64,000 nt of DNA, from assembly GCA_964556335.1 (NCBI GenBank), contig CAZKWK010000001.1:46681-110680 (forward strand), given 5' to 3'. Origin of the DNA: an uncultured Bordetella sp. GTDB taxonomy: Bacteria; Pseudomonadota; Gammaproteobacteria; Burkholderiales; Burkholderiaceae_A. Both the position numbers and the translations under genes were made by a program. The notes under the pieces were generated by a model. The model did not search any database and was not told the DNA's origin. It saw only the letters and a list, made by a program, of their open reading frames with translations. Of this stretch, positions 1 through 9,510 are shown piece by piece. Within the stretch, counting starts at the first letter, position 1. Each line of letters begins with the position of its first letter.

Positions 1-22
1 TCGCGGTAAGCGGTAGTGCGCA

Positions 23-1075
23 TTGCAAAACGATCTCTTTTTAAGGGCGCTCCAAAGAAAGCCTGTTGAACGTACCCCGGTCTGGCTCATGCGCCAGGCA
101 GGCAGGTACCTTCCCGAATACAACGCGACACGCAAGCGCGCGGGCAATTTCCTTGCCTTGTGCAAGACGCCTGAACTGGCCTGCGAAGTCACCCTGCAGC
201 CGATTGATCGGTACGGGTTTGATGCGGCGATACTCTTTTCAGACATTCTTACCGTGCCCGATGCTCTGGGCTTGGGCCTGCATTTTGTAGAAGGCGAGGG
301 CCCCAAGTTTCATCGTCGCATCGAATCGGAGGCCGATATCGATGCATTGCCCGCGGTAGAGGTAGAGACCTCCCTCGCCTACGTGGGCGACGCTGTCCGC
401 CTCATCCGCCGGGAGCTGCACGGCCGGGTTCCCCTTATTGGCTTTACTGGAAGCCCTTGGACCCTCGCCTGCTATATGGTGGCAGGCGGGAGCAGCGGCG
501 ATGACTTCTTTGGCGTGCGTCAGTGGCTCTACAGCCGCCCCGACCTGATGCACCGGCTCCTCGACCGTATTACCTCTGTGGTGCTTGCGTACTGTCGTAT
601 GCAGGCCAACCAAGGCGCTCAGGCCATGATGGTCTTCGATAGCTGGGGAGGCCTTCTTGCGCACAAGGCCTTCGAAACCTTTTCTCAGGCCTATATCAAG
701 AAAATCATCGAGGGGTTAGCCCAGTCGCACCCCCATTTGCCGACTATTGTTTTTGTGAAGGGCGGTGGGCTCTGGCTCGAGAAGACCGCCGCAACGGGCT
801 GCTCCGCCCTGGGTCTGGACTGGACCACCGACCTCGGGGAGGCCCGGGCACGGGTAGGACATCAGTGTGCCTTGCAGGGAAACCTCGATCCCGCTGTCTT
901 GTTGGGTACTCCGGCGCATATTCAGGCGCAGGTTGCTGAGGTGATTCGCAGCTTCGGTGTGCGGTCTGACGGCGTCGGCCATATTTTTAACCTCGGGCAC
1001 GGGATCTCGCAGTTCACCCCTGTGGATCATGTCCATGCCTTAGTGGAGGCCGTCGCGGCCTCAAGCAAAAGCTAG
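23..1075 (+). CDS. hemE: Uroporphyrinogen decarboxylase
   Basis: 350-aa ORF. The N-terminus [27 protein letters not shown] and the [12 protein letters not shown] motif are typical of HemE. An in-frame TAG at 14-16 forces the TTG at 23 as the only possible start. Confidence 0.95.
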   Translation: MQNDLFLRALQRKPVERTPVWLMRQAGRYLPEYNATRKRAGNFLALCKTPELACEVTLQPIDRYGFDAAILFSDILTVPDALGLGLHFVEGEGPKFHRRIESEADIDALPAVEVETSLAYVGDAVRLIRRELHGRVPLIGFTGSPWTLACYMVAGGSSGDDFFGVRQWLYSRPDLMHRLLDRITSVVLAYCRMQANQGAQAMMVFDSWGGLLAHKAFETFSQAYIKKIIEGLAQSHPHLPTIVFVKGGGLWLEKTAATGCSALGLDWTTDLGEARARVGHQCALQGNLDPAVLLGTPAHIQAQVAEVIRSFGVRSDGVGHIFNLGHGISQFTPVDHVHALVEAVAASSKS

Positions 1076-1258
1076 TAAGCGCCTACAACGCACAAAAGCT
1101 TGTCTCTTACCGGGTGCCTATGGCGTAACAAGCGCTGGGTTATGCACATGGAATGTCATCAACGCTTAGCGAGCCTTCTTCGTTTCGCGCATAGAAAAAC
1201 CTCTCTAACCATCTGAAATCATTGCGTTAACTTCCCTTATAGTCCCTCGACGGGCACC

Positions 1259-3571
1259 ATGAATCGGGCTATGAGCCAAACCCCCGATGGCCCTACGGCC
1301 GACTTTCCCACAGACTTATCCACATCCTGCTGGCTGACGGTGGTGCTGGCTACGCCCGGCCTGAGACCCTTGCATTACCTTCTCCCCCTGGTGCCAGGGG
1401 AGCCGCCCGAGTTCCCGGCACGGGGATCCTGGGTTCTGGCACCGCTTGGCCGACGCACCCTGCTTGGCGTGATCACTGCCATCCATACCAAAGACCCGGG
1501 CGAAGTCGCCGCCGAACGACTTCGCTCGGTCGATAGGGTGCTCCAGACGCTACCGTCTCTGACAGATGTCACCCTCGACCTCTATCAATTCGTTGCCCGC
1601 TACTACCGTAGACCCCTCGGTGCCGTCTTGGCCACGACCGTGCCGCCATATCTACGTGCCGCACGCCACCATCTCCCAACCAAAAAGCCTTCCCTTGTAG
1701 AGCGCCTTCGAACCCGACCCCTGGAAACCACGGCTACACACGACGAGCGAGAAGAAGCAGCAACCGCAATTTCGGCCCAATCTGCCCCGCAGCCCGTATG
1801 GCCCCCCCTCACAGCAGCGCAGGCCGAAGCGGTACAGCGGATCAAGCGCTGCCTCACATACCCCAAACGTCGCCCCGTCCTTCTCCACGGGGTGACGGGC
1901 AGTGGCAAGACCCGTGTCTACATCGAGGCGATGCGCGCGCTCTGGGAGGCGCAACCCCATGCCCAGGTACTCCTGCTTGTACCGGAGATTGGCCTCACGC
2001 CTGCGTTAGAGATGCGCATGCGCTCGGCCTTTCCTACTGTGGCGCAGACCAGTCTACATAGCAGCATGGGAGATGCAGCCCGCGCCCAGTCCTGGCTCTG
2101 GGCTTCTACGGGACAAGCGCAGCTCGTCATGGGCACGCGTCTGGCAGTGCTCACGCCGTTGCCCGCTCTGGCGATGATCATTGTGGATGAGGAACATGAC
2201 GCCTCTTACAAGCAGCAAGAAAGCCTGCGTTACTCTGCCCGTGACCTAGCCGTATACCGGGCGCAGCAGGAACAAGCCCTCGTCATCTTGGGATCCGCCA
2301 CCCCAAGCCTGGAAACCCTTTATGCGACAGAACGCGGACGGTATTTGCGGCTCTCCTTACCCGAGCAAGCCACAGGTGCCCAACGTGCCGCTGTGGCCCT
2401 GATCGATACCCTGAAAGATCCCGCGGTCGATGGGCTCAGTGGGGAAAGCCGCCGGGCGATCGAAGCCGCGCTCTCGGCAGGCAGCCATGTCTTGGTCTTT
2501 CTCAATCGGCGCGGATGGGCGCCCGTACTCGGCTGTGAAGCCTGTCCGTGGACCGCGGTCTGTCGCCACTGCGCGACGGCCATGGTCCTACACAAACAGA
2601 AACGGCAATGGCGCCTTGTCTGCCATCACTGCGGTACCGTCGACGCCGTACCGGCGGCCTGCCCCGACTGCGGCGCGGCGGACTTAACCCCCATCGGCCG
2701 GGGCACCCAGAAGATTGAGGCCACCCTCAAAGAAACGTTTCCGCAGACCGCGGTGATGCGGATAGACCGAGACACGGTGCGCTCTGCAGACGATATGGAT
2801 GCGGTGCTCGCATCAATCAGCAAAGGACCTCCCAAGATTCTTGTGGGCACCCAGATGATGGCGAAGGGACACGATCTGCCGGGTCTCGATCTCGTGGTCA
2901 TTGCCGATGCAGACCCCCAACTGGTCCACCCAGACTTCCGCGCCCCGGAATGGCTCCTCGCAGTGCTGGTCCAGGTGGCGGGGCGGGCGGGTCGCCATCA
3001 CCATGCACATGGCGCGAGTGCCGCCATCGCGCAGGTTCTCATTCAGACACGCTACCCACAGCACCCGCTCTTTCAGGCGCTTCTGAACCAACGGTCGGAT
3101 GACTACGCCCAAACCCTCTTGGAAGACCGGCGGGCCGCTCGGCTCCCCCCTTTCTCACATATGGCAATGGTCCGCCTCTCCGATACCCGCCAAGACCGCC
3201 TCGCCGCCTGGGCCATGCGGCTGCATCAGTACCTCACGCAGTGGATCCGTATCCAGGCCGACGCGCAGGCACAGGCACAAGCACAAGCGAAGACGCAGCG
3301 AGCGGCACAGCCGCAGGGATCGATAGGGGGGGCCTCCCCATCGTCGCAACCCGCAGGATTCAACGCAGACGATGGCTGGCACTATGCCCACGCCTATCCG
3401 CCCGCGCCAGACTATCCGGAGCGACAGGGACTGCGACTACGTTGGCACATGGTGCTTGAGGCGCCGACGCGTCAGCAACGCGCCCTGCTCGCAGAGGCCA
3501 CGGAAAACTTTGCCCTCGCAAACCCAGGTGTTGACGCGCAGATCGAAATCGACCCACTCAGCCAGTCGTAG
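1259..3571 (+). CDS. priA: Primosomal protein N' (replication restart helicase PriA)
   Basis: 770 aa. Walker A GVTGSGKT, DEEH box and Cys-rich zinc-binding block (CEACPW..CRHC..CHHC..CPDC). The C-terminal domain carries a low-complexity insertion. Confidence 0.93.
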   Translation: MNRAMSQTPDGPTADFPTDLSTSCWLTVVLATPGLRPLHYLLPLVPGEPPEFPARGSWVLAPLGRRTLLGVITAIHTKDPGEVAAERLRSVDRVLQTLPSLTDVTLDLYQFVARYYRRPLGAVLATTVPPYLRAARHHLPTKKPSLVERLRTRPLETTATHDEREEAATAISAQSAPQPVWPPLTAAQAEAVQRIKRCLTYPKRRPVLLHGVTGSGKTRVYIEAMRALWEAQPHAQVLLLVPEIGLTPALEMRMRSAFPTVAQTSLHSSMGDAARAQSWLWASTGQAQLVMGTRLAVLTPLPALAMIIVDEEHDASYKQQESLRYSARDLAVYRAQQEQALVILGSATPSLETLYATERGRYLRLSLPEQATGAQRAAVALIDTLKDPAVDGLSGESRRAIEAALSAGSHVLVFLNRRGWAPVLGCEACPWTAVCRHCATAMVLHKQKRQWRLVCHHCGTVDAVPAACPDCGAADLTPIGRGTQKIEATLKETFPQTAVMRIDRDTVRSADDMDAVLASISKGPPKILVGTQMMAKGHDLPGLDLVVIADADPQLVHPDFRAPEWLLAVLVQVAGRAGRHHHAHGASAAIAQVLIQTRYPQHPLFQALLNQRSDDYAQTLLEDRRAARLPPFSHMAMVRLSDTRQDRLAAWAMRLHQYLTQWIRIQADAQAQAQAQAKTQRAAQPQGSIGGASPSSQPAGFNADDGWHYAHAYPPAPDYPERQGLRLRWHMVLEAPTRQQRALLAEATENFALANPGVDAQIEIDPLSQS

Positions 3572-3600
3572 AGACAAAACACCGGGTGTGGCGCGTGATG

Positions 3601-4257
3601 CTAGAGGTAGTGCGCTGTGCCTGTCATCACCCGACCCGACAGCTGCATGGCGAATCGAATGGGCGCCGGCAGCACACGGGCACCATGGTTACGGGCCGAC
3701 TGACCATGATCTGCCTCATCGCGAATCATCTGTGACACCACTGCCCGCGAGGCCCCGTCGTTCTGCGGAAGACGCGTGAGGTGGCCCTCAAGATGCGCCT
3801 CAACTTGCCGCTCTGTCTCGGATAAAAAACCCAGAGAGACTGGGCCCCCAAGCCGACCCGCCAGGAAGCCCAGACCAAAGGCCCCCGCGTACCACAGCGG
3901 ATTCAGTAGACTCGTGCGCCCATCGAGATCGTGAAGTCGCTCTTCACACCAGCGCAAATGATCCGCCTCCTCGCGGGCCGCCGACTGCAAAAGCGACTCC
4001 AACCCTTGGTCGGAGCCCGCCGCGAGTGCTTGACCCTGATAGAGCGCCTGGGCCGCCACTTCGCCTGCGTGGTTTACGCGCATAAGCGACGCCGATAGCG
4101 ACCGTTCCGCCGCGGTCAGTGCACCCTCCGCCGGGAGTCCCGCCGCGGGTGACGGGCGCCCCGATCCGGCATGGGAGGTACTTGCCAACGTTCGCAAGGC
4201 GTTGTCGGCCGCTGCGAGCAGACGGTCTCCCCACGATTGGGCACGCATGCTACGCAC
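3601..4257 (-). CDS. coq7: Demethoxyubiquinone hydroxylase (Coq7 family di-iron monooxygenase)
   Basis: 218 aa. Motifs LMRVNHAGEVAA, EEADHL and RDEADH are ferritin-like di-iron ligand motifs of Coq7. The start is GTG at 4257 or ATG at 4248. Confidence 0.9.
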   Translation of the reverse strand: MRSMRAQSWGDRLLAAADNALRTLASTSHAGSGRPSPAAGLPAEGALTAAERSLSASLMRVNHAGEVAAQALYQGQALAAGSDQGLESLLQSAAREEADHLRWCEERLHDLDGRTSLLNPLWYAGAFGLGFLAGRLGGPVSLGFLSETERQVEAHLEGHLTRLPQNDGASRAVVSQMIRDEADHGQSARNHGARVLPAPIRFAMQLSGRVMTGTAHYL

Positions 4258-4263
4258 TACTCC

Positions 4264-4761
4264 TTAAAAGGACGCGCCGCCGCTGTTGACCAGATGCACC
4301 GTAGCCTTTCGCACCTCTTCATCCGTGTACCGCCCGCCCCCCTGGGCCGGCATGGCGCCCTTGCCCTTCATGGCGGACTGATAGAGACCCTCAAGCCCCT
4401 GCGCAAGTCTGGGCTTCCAGGCCCCTGCATCACCAAACTTTGGCGCGTTCAATGCGCCGGAGGCATGGCAGGCCGCGCAGGCCGCTGCATAGACCTGGGC
4501 CCCCGTGCGAACGACTGCAGCCCCGCCTGCGACCGCAGTGCCGGCGGTAGGTGCCTCAGGCTGGGTGGCTACCCGACCAATCGGCGCAATGCGCTGGGCG
4601 GTGGCCTCCGGTGAGAAGGCATCACTGCCCGCACCGACCTTCGGCCGAGAGCCCACATAGACCGTTAGCAACACAATGATCACGATAGGCACCACAAAGG
4701 CCAGCACGACGGCAACGATCAACTGCTGGGGGGTTTTAATCGGACTTTCGTGTTCGCTCAT
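4264..4761 (-). CDS. Membrane-anchored class I c-type cytochrome (c5-like)
   Basis: Starts at MSEHESPIK (ATG at 4761-4759). It has one N-terminal TM helix, a single CAACH haem-binding motif and a distal Met (GAMP). The longer track ORF to 4929 runs through the tRNA gene and is rejected. Confidence 0.85.
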   Translation of the reverse strand: MSEHESPIKTPQQLIVAVVLAFVVPIVIIVLLTVYVGSRPKVGAGSDAFSPEATAQRIAPIGRVATQPEAPTAGTAVAGGAAVVRTGAQVYAAACAACHASGALNAPKFGDAGAWKPRLAQGLEGLYQSAMKGKGAMPAQGGGRYTDEEVRKATVHLVNSGGASF

Positions 4762-4848
4762 GAGGACTCCGCAACAAGGGTGGGCAAGGGTGGAAAATGG
4801 CCAGCCACGCCAGCCAAGGATCACGCGTATTATACGAACCCTGCACCT

Positions 4849-4924
4849 GCGTCTGTAGCTCAGTGGATAGAGTATTGGCCTCCGAAGCCAAGGGTCGCAG
4901 GTTCGATTCCTGCCAGACGCGCCA
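4849..4924 (+). tRNA. tRNA-Arg (anticodon CCG)
   Basis: The 76 nt fold by hand into a cloverleaf. Acceptor GCGTCTG/CAGACGC, anticodon stem TTGGC/GCCAA, anticodon loop CTCCGAA, T-arm GCAGG-TTCGATT-CCTGC, discriminator G and an encoded CCA. Confidence 0.93.
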
Positions 4925-4941
4925 CCCACTGCGCGAGCCCG

Positions 4942-6735
4942 ATGACCCAGACTCCCAAAGCGGCATTAGCCGAGGTTCTCCATGAGGCCCTTACAGCCCT
5001 CGCACAGGGCCAGGCCCCCGGCCTTCCCCCATTACCTGAAGGGGTAGTGCTGCCCTCGCAGGATGACCTTGAACAAAGTCTCGTGCCGCCCAAGCAGTCC
5101 GCCCATGGCGACCTTGCCACTGGCTTTGCGATGCGCCTTGCCAAGCCCTGGGGCCAGGCGCCCATTCGCATCGCGACCGCGCTTGCGGCCCAGCTCACGC
5201 GCGCGCCGCGGGCCGCCGCCCTCATCGACCGCGCCGAGCCGGCGCCCCCAGGCTTTGTCAATGTCTGGCTCCGGGCCGACGCTCAGGCGGCGATTCTGCA
5301 GGCGGTACTGCGAGACCCGGCCGCCTTTGGCCGACGCCCCATCGATCCGAGCCAGACTACTCTCTTGGAATTTGTCTCCGCCAACCCCACGGGGCCGCTG
5401 CATGTCGGACATGGCCGTCAGGCCGCCCTGGGAGATTGCCTGGCCGCATTGCTCGAGAGCCAGGGGCAGGCGGTCACGCGCGAGTTTTACTACAACGATG
5501 CGGGCGCGCAGATTGAGAATCTCGCACGGTCTGTTCAAGCACGGTTAAAAGGCCTCGCGCCAGACAGCCCCGACTTTCCTCCCGACGGCTACCGTGGCGA
5601 CTACATCGTCGATATCGCCCAGGCCTATGCCGCCCGTCAGGCCGTGACGCCGGCCGATGGCGCAGCCATCGTCGGCAAAGCCGACCCGGATGATCTTGAG
5701 GCCATTCGTCAATTCGCTGTCGCCTATCTGCGCTGCGAACAAGACCAGGATTTGAAGGCCTTTGGGGTCCGGTTCGACCACTTCAGCCTGGAGTCTGCCC
5801 TCTACCGTGACGGACATGTCGAGCGGGTGGTGGCACGACTGCGTGCCTCGGGCCATGCCTACGCACAAGACGGCGCCCTCTGGCTGCGGTCGACCGACTT
5901 TGGAGACGACAAAGACCGGGTGATGCAGAAGCAAGGCGGAGGCTTTACCTACTTCGTGCCGGATGTCGCCTATCACGAGCAGAAATTTCTGCGTGGATTT
6001 CGCCGTGCGATCAACATCCAGGGCTCGGACCACCATGGCACGATCGCCCGAGTACGCGCGGGCTTAAGCGCCTTGGCCGTGGGCATTCCCCAGGGCTTTC
6101 CTGACTACGTGCTGCACAAGATGGTCACCGTGGTGCGCGGTGGCCAGGAAGTGAAGATCTCCAAGCGGGCAGGCAGCTATGTCACGTTGCGCGATCTCAT
6201 CCAGTGGTCTGGGGATGGCGACATGCAAAAGGGAAGAGATGCAGTCCGGTTCTTCCTCGTGTCGCGAAAAGCCGATACAGAGTTTGTTTTTGATGTTGAT
6301 CTAGCGCTTGCCCGCAGCGATGAGAACCCTGTCTACTATGTGCAATACGCCCATGCCCGTGCCTGTAGCCTTTTGGACCAGGCCCAATCGTCGGTGTCCC
6401 AGTGGGTTGCGCGATTCTCCGCAAATACATCCACAGATCCCTCGGCGTTACCCTCGCTCGGCGTTCTTCAGCAGCCGCAAGAAAAGGCACTCTGCATGCG
6501 GCTCTCCCAGTTTCCCGAAGTGCTTGCGCAGGCAGCGACCGAACTTTCCCCCCACCTTGTGGCGTTCTATCTGCGGGATCTCGCTGCCGACCTGCACAGC
6601 TTCTATAACGCCCATCGGGTCTTGGTGGACGACCGCGCGGTTCGCGAGGCACGTCTCTGTTTGGTGGCTGCGACGGCCGCCATGCTGCGCGAAGGGCTCG
6701 ACCTGCTCGGCGTCTCGGCGCCTGAACGTATGTAG
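4942..6735 (+). CDS. argS: Arginine--tRNA ligase
   Basis: Starts at MTQTPKAAL (ATG 4942), 17 nt after the tRNA. HIGH-type motif [19 protein letters not shown] (KMSK-like) motif and the class I ArgS C-terminal anticodon-binding region. The 5' part of track ORF 4750.. overlaps the tRNA and is rejected. Confidence 0.93.
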   Translation: MTQTPKAALAEVLHEALTALAQGQAPGLPPLPEGVVLPSQDDLEQSLVPPKQSAHGDLATGFAMRLAKPWGQAPIRIATALAAQLTRAPRAAALIDRAEPAPPGFVNVWLRADAQAAILQAVLRDPAAFGRRPIDPSQTTLLEFVSANPTGPLHVGHGRQAALGDCLAALLESQGQAVTREFYYNDAGAQIENLARSVQARLKGLAPDSPDFPPDGYRGDYIVDIAQAYAARQAVTPADGAAIVGKADPDDLEAIRQFAVAYLRCEQDQDLKAFGVRFDHFSLESALYRDGHVERVVARLRASGHAYAQDGALWLRSTDFGDDKDRVMQKQGGGFTYFVPDVAYHEQKFLRGFRRAINIQGSDHHGTIARVRAGLSALAVGIPQGFPDYVLHKMVTVVRGGQEVKISKRAGSYVTLRDLIQWSGDGDMQKGRDAVRFFLVSRKADTEFVFDVDLALARSDENPVYYVQYAHARACSLLDQAQSSVSQWVARFSANTSTDPSALPSLGVLQQPQEKALCMRLSQFPEVLAQAATELSPHLVAFYLRDLAADLHSFYNAHRVLVDDRAVREARLCLVAATAAMLREGLDLLGVSAPERM

Positions 6736-6776
6736 CCTTGGGCGCAGAGGAGATCCGCTCTCGGTATGATCTGGCT

Positions 6777-7478
6777 ATGGTGAATTCCGTAGCTTCGGCG
6801 ACCTCGCGCTTTGGGCGTCGGTATCGTCCGCAAAACCCCAACCCGCCCACGGGGCTTGCAATGCTGCCCTTTGTCCTCGGGCTGACGGTGGGCCTGGTGA
6901 CTGCCGCGGCGGTTGCCCTCTATGTCACTCGAGCACCCGTCCCCTTTGTTGATCGGGGAATTCAGCGGTCTTCGTCTTCCTCGGGAACGGCTGGCCCAAC
7001 AGGGGGGGTCTCTGAGCCCGTTGCAGGGCCAGGCAGCGGTAGCGTACGAGAGGAAGACAAATCCGAGGGGCGGGCAAAGCCCCCCACCCCCCCACCTACG
7101 AGCGCACCCCGTAATGCGCCGAGTACGGGAGCGGCACCGGCCGCCGCCCCTGCCGCCCCCGCAACCGCCCCCGGGGCAGCGGGGTCTGCACCCGCGACAT
7201 CCGGGGCCGCCTCGCCCGGGCAGCCTTCGTCTGCCGCCTCCGTCAACCAATTCTTTTTGCAGGTGGCCGCCTTTAAGTCTTCCGAGGAGGCAGACCAGAT
7301 GCGGGCTCGCCTGGCCTTTATGGGCTATGAGGCCCAGATTTCTGAAACCAAGAAAGACAGCCTCGTCTTTTATCGTGTCCGGCTCGGACCCTATCGCAGC
7401 TTTGAAGAGCTGAATCGTGCAAAGACCAGCCTCTCTGAGAATGGGCTGGAGTCCACGGTCGTGCGATCTTCCCAGTAG
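6777..7478 (+). CDS. SPOR domain-containing cell-division/peptidoglycan-binding protein
   Basis: Short basic N-terminus, one TM helix (MLPFVLGLTVGLVTAAAVALYV), a Pro/Ala-rich linker and a C-terminal SPOR domain (FFLQVAAFKSSEEADQMRARLAFMGYEA...YRVRLGPY). The start is uncertain: TTG 6738, ATG 6777 or ATG 6861. Confidence 0.8.
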   Translation: MVNSVASATSRFGRRYRPQNPNPPTGLAMLPFVLGLTVGLVTAAAVALYVTRAPVPFVDRGIQRSSSSSGTAGPTGGVSEPVAGPGSGSVREEDKSEGRAKPPTPPPTSAPRNAPSTGAAPAAAPAAPATAPGAAGSAPATSGAASPGQPSSAASVNQFFLQVAAFKSSEEADQMRARLAFMGYEAQISETKKDSLVFYRVRLGPYRSFEELNRAKTSLSENGLESTVVRSSQ

Positions 7479-7496
7479 AGGAGAAAGAGTATCCCT

Positions 7497-8174
7497 ATGT
7501 CTGCGCCTCTTGGCCATTCTCGCGAACATGCTCAGCGTCGTCGCGCCCTCTTGTCCCAGTCTCTTGGACTGGTCCTTGCAACCGCCTTTGCGCCCGGCCT
7601 CTCTGCCCAATCGTTTGACGAAGGGATTGACTACCGCGTCTTGCGTGAGCCTGTTCCGACCGGTTCGCCAGGAAAGATCGAGGTGCTCGAGTTTTTCTGG
7701 TATGGCTGCCCCCATTGTCGTAGCTTTGAAAAGCCACTGGCTGCCTGGAAGGCGAGCATCGCGCCCTATGTGGTCTTTCGTAAGGTCCATGTCTCGTTTC
7801 GCGAAGAAAGCCACCAGAGGCTCTTCTACACCTTGGAGACGCTGGGTCAGGCCGATCGACTCTCGGGCCGGGTCTTTGATGCCATCCATGTTGCCAAGCA
7901 GCCCATGACCGGTCTGCCGAGCCTGAAAGACTGGGCCAAGCAAAACGGCATCGATGCACAGCAGTTCGAGCAGGCCTGGATGTCGTTCTCTGTGCAGTCT
8001 CAGATGAAACGCGCCAACACCTTGATGCAGGCGCACCGCATCGACAGCGTGCCGCAACTTTCTGTCAACGGTCGGTATGTCACCTCGCCGGCCATGGTCG
8101 GTGGCAGCCATACGCGCGCGCTACAGGTGGTTGACTATCTCGTGAATCTGGAGCGTGTCGCCAAGGGCGTCTAG
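7497..8174 (+). CDS. dsbA: Thiol:disulfide interchange protein DsbA
   Basis: 225 aa. Signal peptide followed by the thioredoxin fold motif FFWYGCPHCRSFE (CPHC active site). Confidence 0.9.
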   Translation: MSAPLGHSREHAQRRRALLSQSLGLVLATAFAPGLSAQSFDEGIDYRVLREPVPTGSPGKIEVLEFFWYGCPHCRSFEKPLAAWKASIAPYVVFRKVHVSFREESHQRLFYTLETLGQADRLSGRVFDAIHVAKQPMTGLPSLKDWAKQNGIDAQQFEQAWMSFSVQSQMKRANTLMQAHRIDSVPQLSVNGRYVTSPAMVGGSHTRALQVVDYLVNLERVAKGV

Positions 8175-9103
8175 CCTTCTGTCTCGTTGCCGCGCATTAG
8201 CGTGGCATAGGCTTGCTGTCGTGTGAGTCCTGTCGCCCGGGCGATCACTTTGGCGGCAGCGGCCTTGGGCAGCACCTCGGCCAGGGCGTCAATCCAAGGC
8301 TGCCAGGCCTCATTCACGTCATTTACGCGCTCTGTGGATTCGCTCTCACCCAGACCAAGCACCGCGGCGGCCGGGGCTGCCCGGGGCGGGATGGCAAAGA
8401 CGAGCACATACTCCCCCTTGTGTGCCTGAGGGTCTTCTTCCGTCTTCGCACGGCGCCTTTCGTAGAGCGCGGTCAGTGGCCCCCGCCATAGGGTCTCAAA
8501 TCGCTTGGTCATTTCTTTGGCAAGCAGGGCCGGGGTCGCTCCGCCGAGCACCGCGATACAGTCCGCAAGGCTTGCCTCGAGCCGATGGGGCGATTCAAAG
8601 GCCAGGCAGACGCCTCCCACCGATCGCATCGCTTGTAGCCGCTTCTTGCGCTCATGCGGCCGGGCGGGAAGAAATCCCCAGAAGGACCAGGGCCTGTCGT
8701 CTTCGGGAAGAAAGCCGCAGACACTGAAGGCCGCAGCCATTGCACTAGCCCCAGGAATGGGCACCACCGTGTAACCATGGGTCCAGGCGGCATCGACCAG
8801 ACGCTGCCCCGGGTCTGCAATGCCGGGGGTTCCGGCATCGGTGACAACCGCCACCCGCTGGCCGAGGCCGAGCGCCTGAAGCACCGCGTCGGTCTGCGCC
8901 GCCTCATTGTGGGCATGTACAGAAAGAAGGCGCTGAGCCCCTGGCTGGATCTGTGCGGCCTGCAGCAGATGGCGGTAGTGGCGCGTGTCTTCGGCACAGA
9001 CCAGATCTGCCTGCGCGAGCACCTGGCGCGCCCGGGCAGAGAGATCATCTAGATGGCCGATCGGTGTGGCCACGAGGTAGAGGGCCGGTTTTAATTCAGG
9101 CAT
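8171..9103 (-). CDS. rsmI: 16S rRNA (cytidine1402-2'-O)-methyltransferase
   Basis: 310 aa. LYLVATPIGHLDDLSARA..AEDTRH is the tetrapyrrole-methylase-fold RsmI N-terminus. It is divergent from yraN, as in other proteobacteria. Confidence 0.9.
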   Translation of the reverse strand: MPELKPALYLVATPIGHLDDLSARARQVLAQADLVCAEDTRHYRHLLQAAQIQPGAQRLLSVHAHNEAAQTDAVLQALGLGQRVAVVTDAGTPGIADPGQRLVDAAWTHGYTVVPIPGASAMAAAFSVCGFLPEDDRPWSFWGFLPARPHERKKRLQAMRSVGGVCLAFESPHRLEASLADCIAVLGGATPALLAKEMTKRFETLWRGPLTALYERRRAKTEEDPQAHKGEYVLVFAIPPRAAPAAAVLGLGESESTERVNDVNEAWQPWIDALAEVLPKAAAAKVIARATGLTRQQAYATLMRGNETEG

Positions 9104-9479
9104 GAACCAGACACCAGACAGGCAGAAAGCCCATCAACGAGGTCAGTGGGCGGAGGCACAGGCGCTGGCCTATTTGCAGTCTCAAGGCCTGGTTCTCTGC
9201 GCCCGCAATGTCCGGTATCGCTGCGGAGAGCTTGACCTGATTATGACCCATGGTACGCAGCTTGTTTTTGTGGAGGTGCGGTACCGCGCTCGGTCAGACT
9301 ACGGAGGCGCCGCCGCCTCGGTGGGGCGTCTGAAACGACAGCGCATCTGGCGCGCCGCCACGCTCTGGCTGCAGGCGCAGCCGGGCCCCGCCCCGGCGTG
9401 TCGCTTTGATTTGGTGGTGCTGGGTCCAGGCGGCCTACGGTGGTTACCCGCGGCCTTCTTGGCAGGCGGTCTTCTATAA
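9102..9479 (+). CDS. yraN: YraN family (UPF0102) endonuclease-like protein
   Basis: 125 aa. The pattern GQWAEAQALAYL..G..LCARNVRYRCGELDLIM..VFVEVRYR matches the YraN family. Confidence 0.85.
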   Translation: MNQTPDRQKAHQRGQWAEAQALAYLQSQGLVLCARNVRYRCGELDLIMTHGTQLVFVEVRYRARSDYGGAAASVGRLKRQRIWRAATLWLQAQPGPAPACRFDLVVLGPGGLRWLPAAFLAGGLL

Positions 9480-9510
9480 TCGGTTCTTCTTCACGATAGG
9501 AGCCCATGCC

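Noticed and set aside
4750-4941. 5' extensions of the argS ORF (from 4750) and of the cytochrome c ORF (to 4929)
   Set aside because: Both extensions read straight through the tRNA-Arg gene at 4849-4924. Homology-consistent starts exist at 4942 and 4761.
7080-7230. A GC-rich repetitive-looking stretch (GCC/CCC/GCA runs), considered as a candidate repeat element
   Set aside because: It encodes the Pro/Ala-rich linker of the SPOR protein in frame. It is low-complexity coding sequence, not a dispersed or tandem DNA repeat.
6603-8111. A 502-aa minus-strand ORF spanning the end of argS, the SPOR gene and dsbA
   Set aside because: It is antisense to three well-supported genes. Its sequence is Arg/Gly/Pro low-complexity, the mirror of the Pro/Ala-rich SPOR linker. 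It is a shadow ORF.
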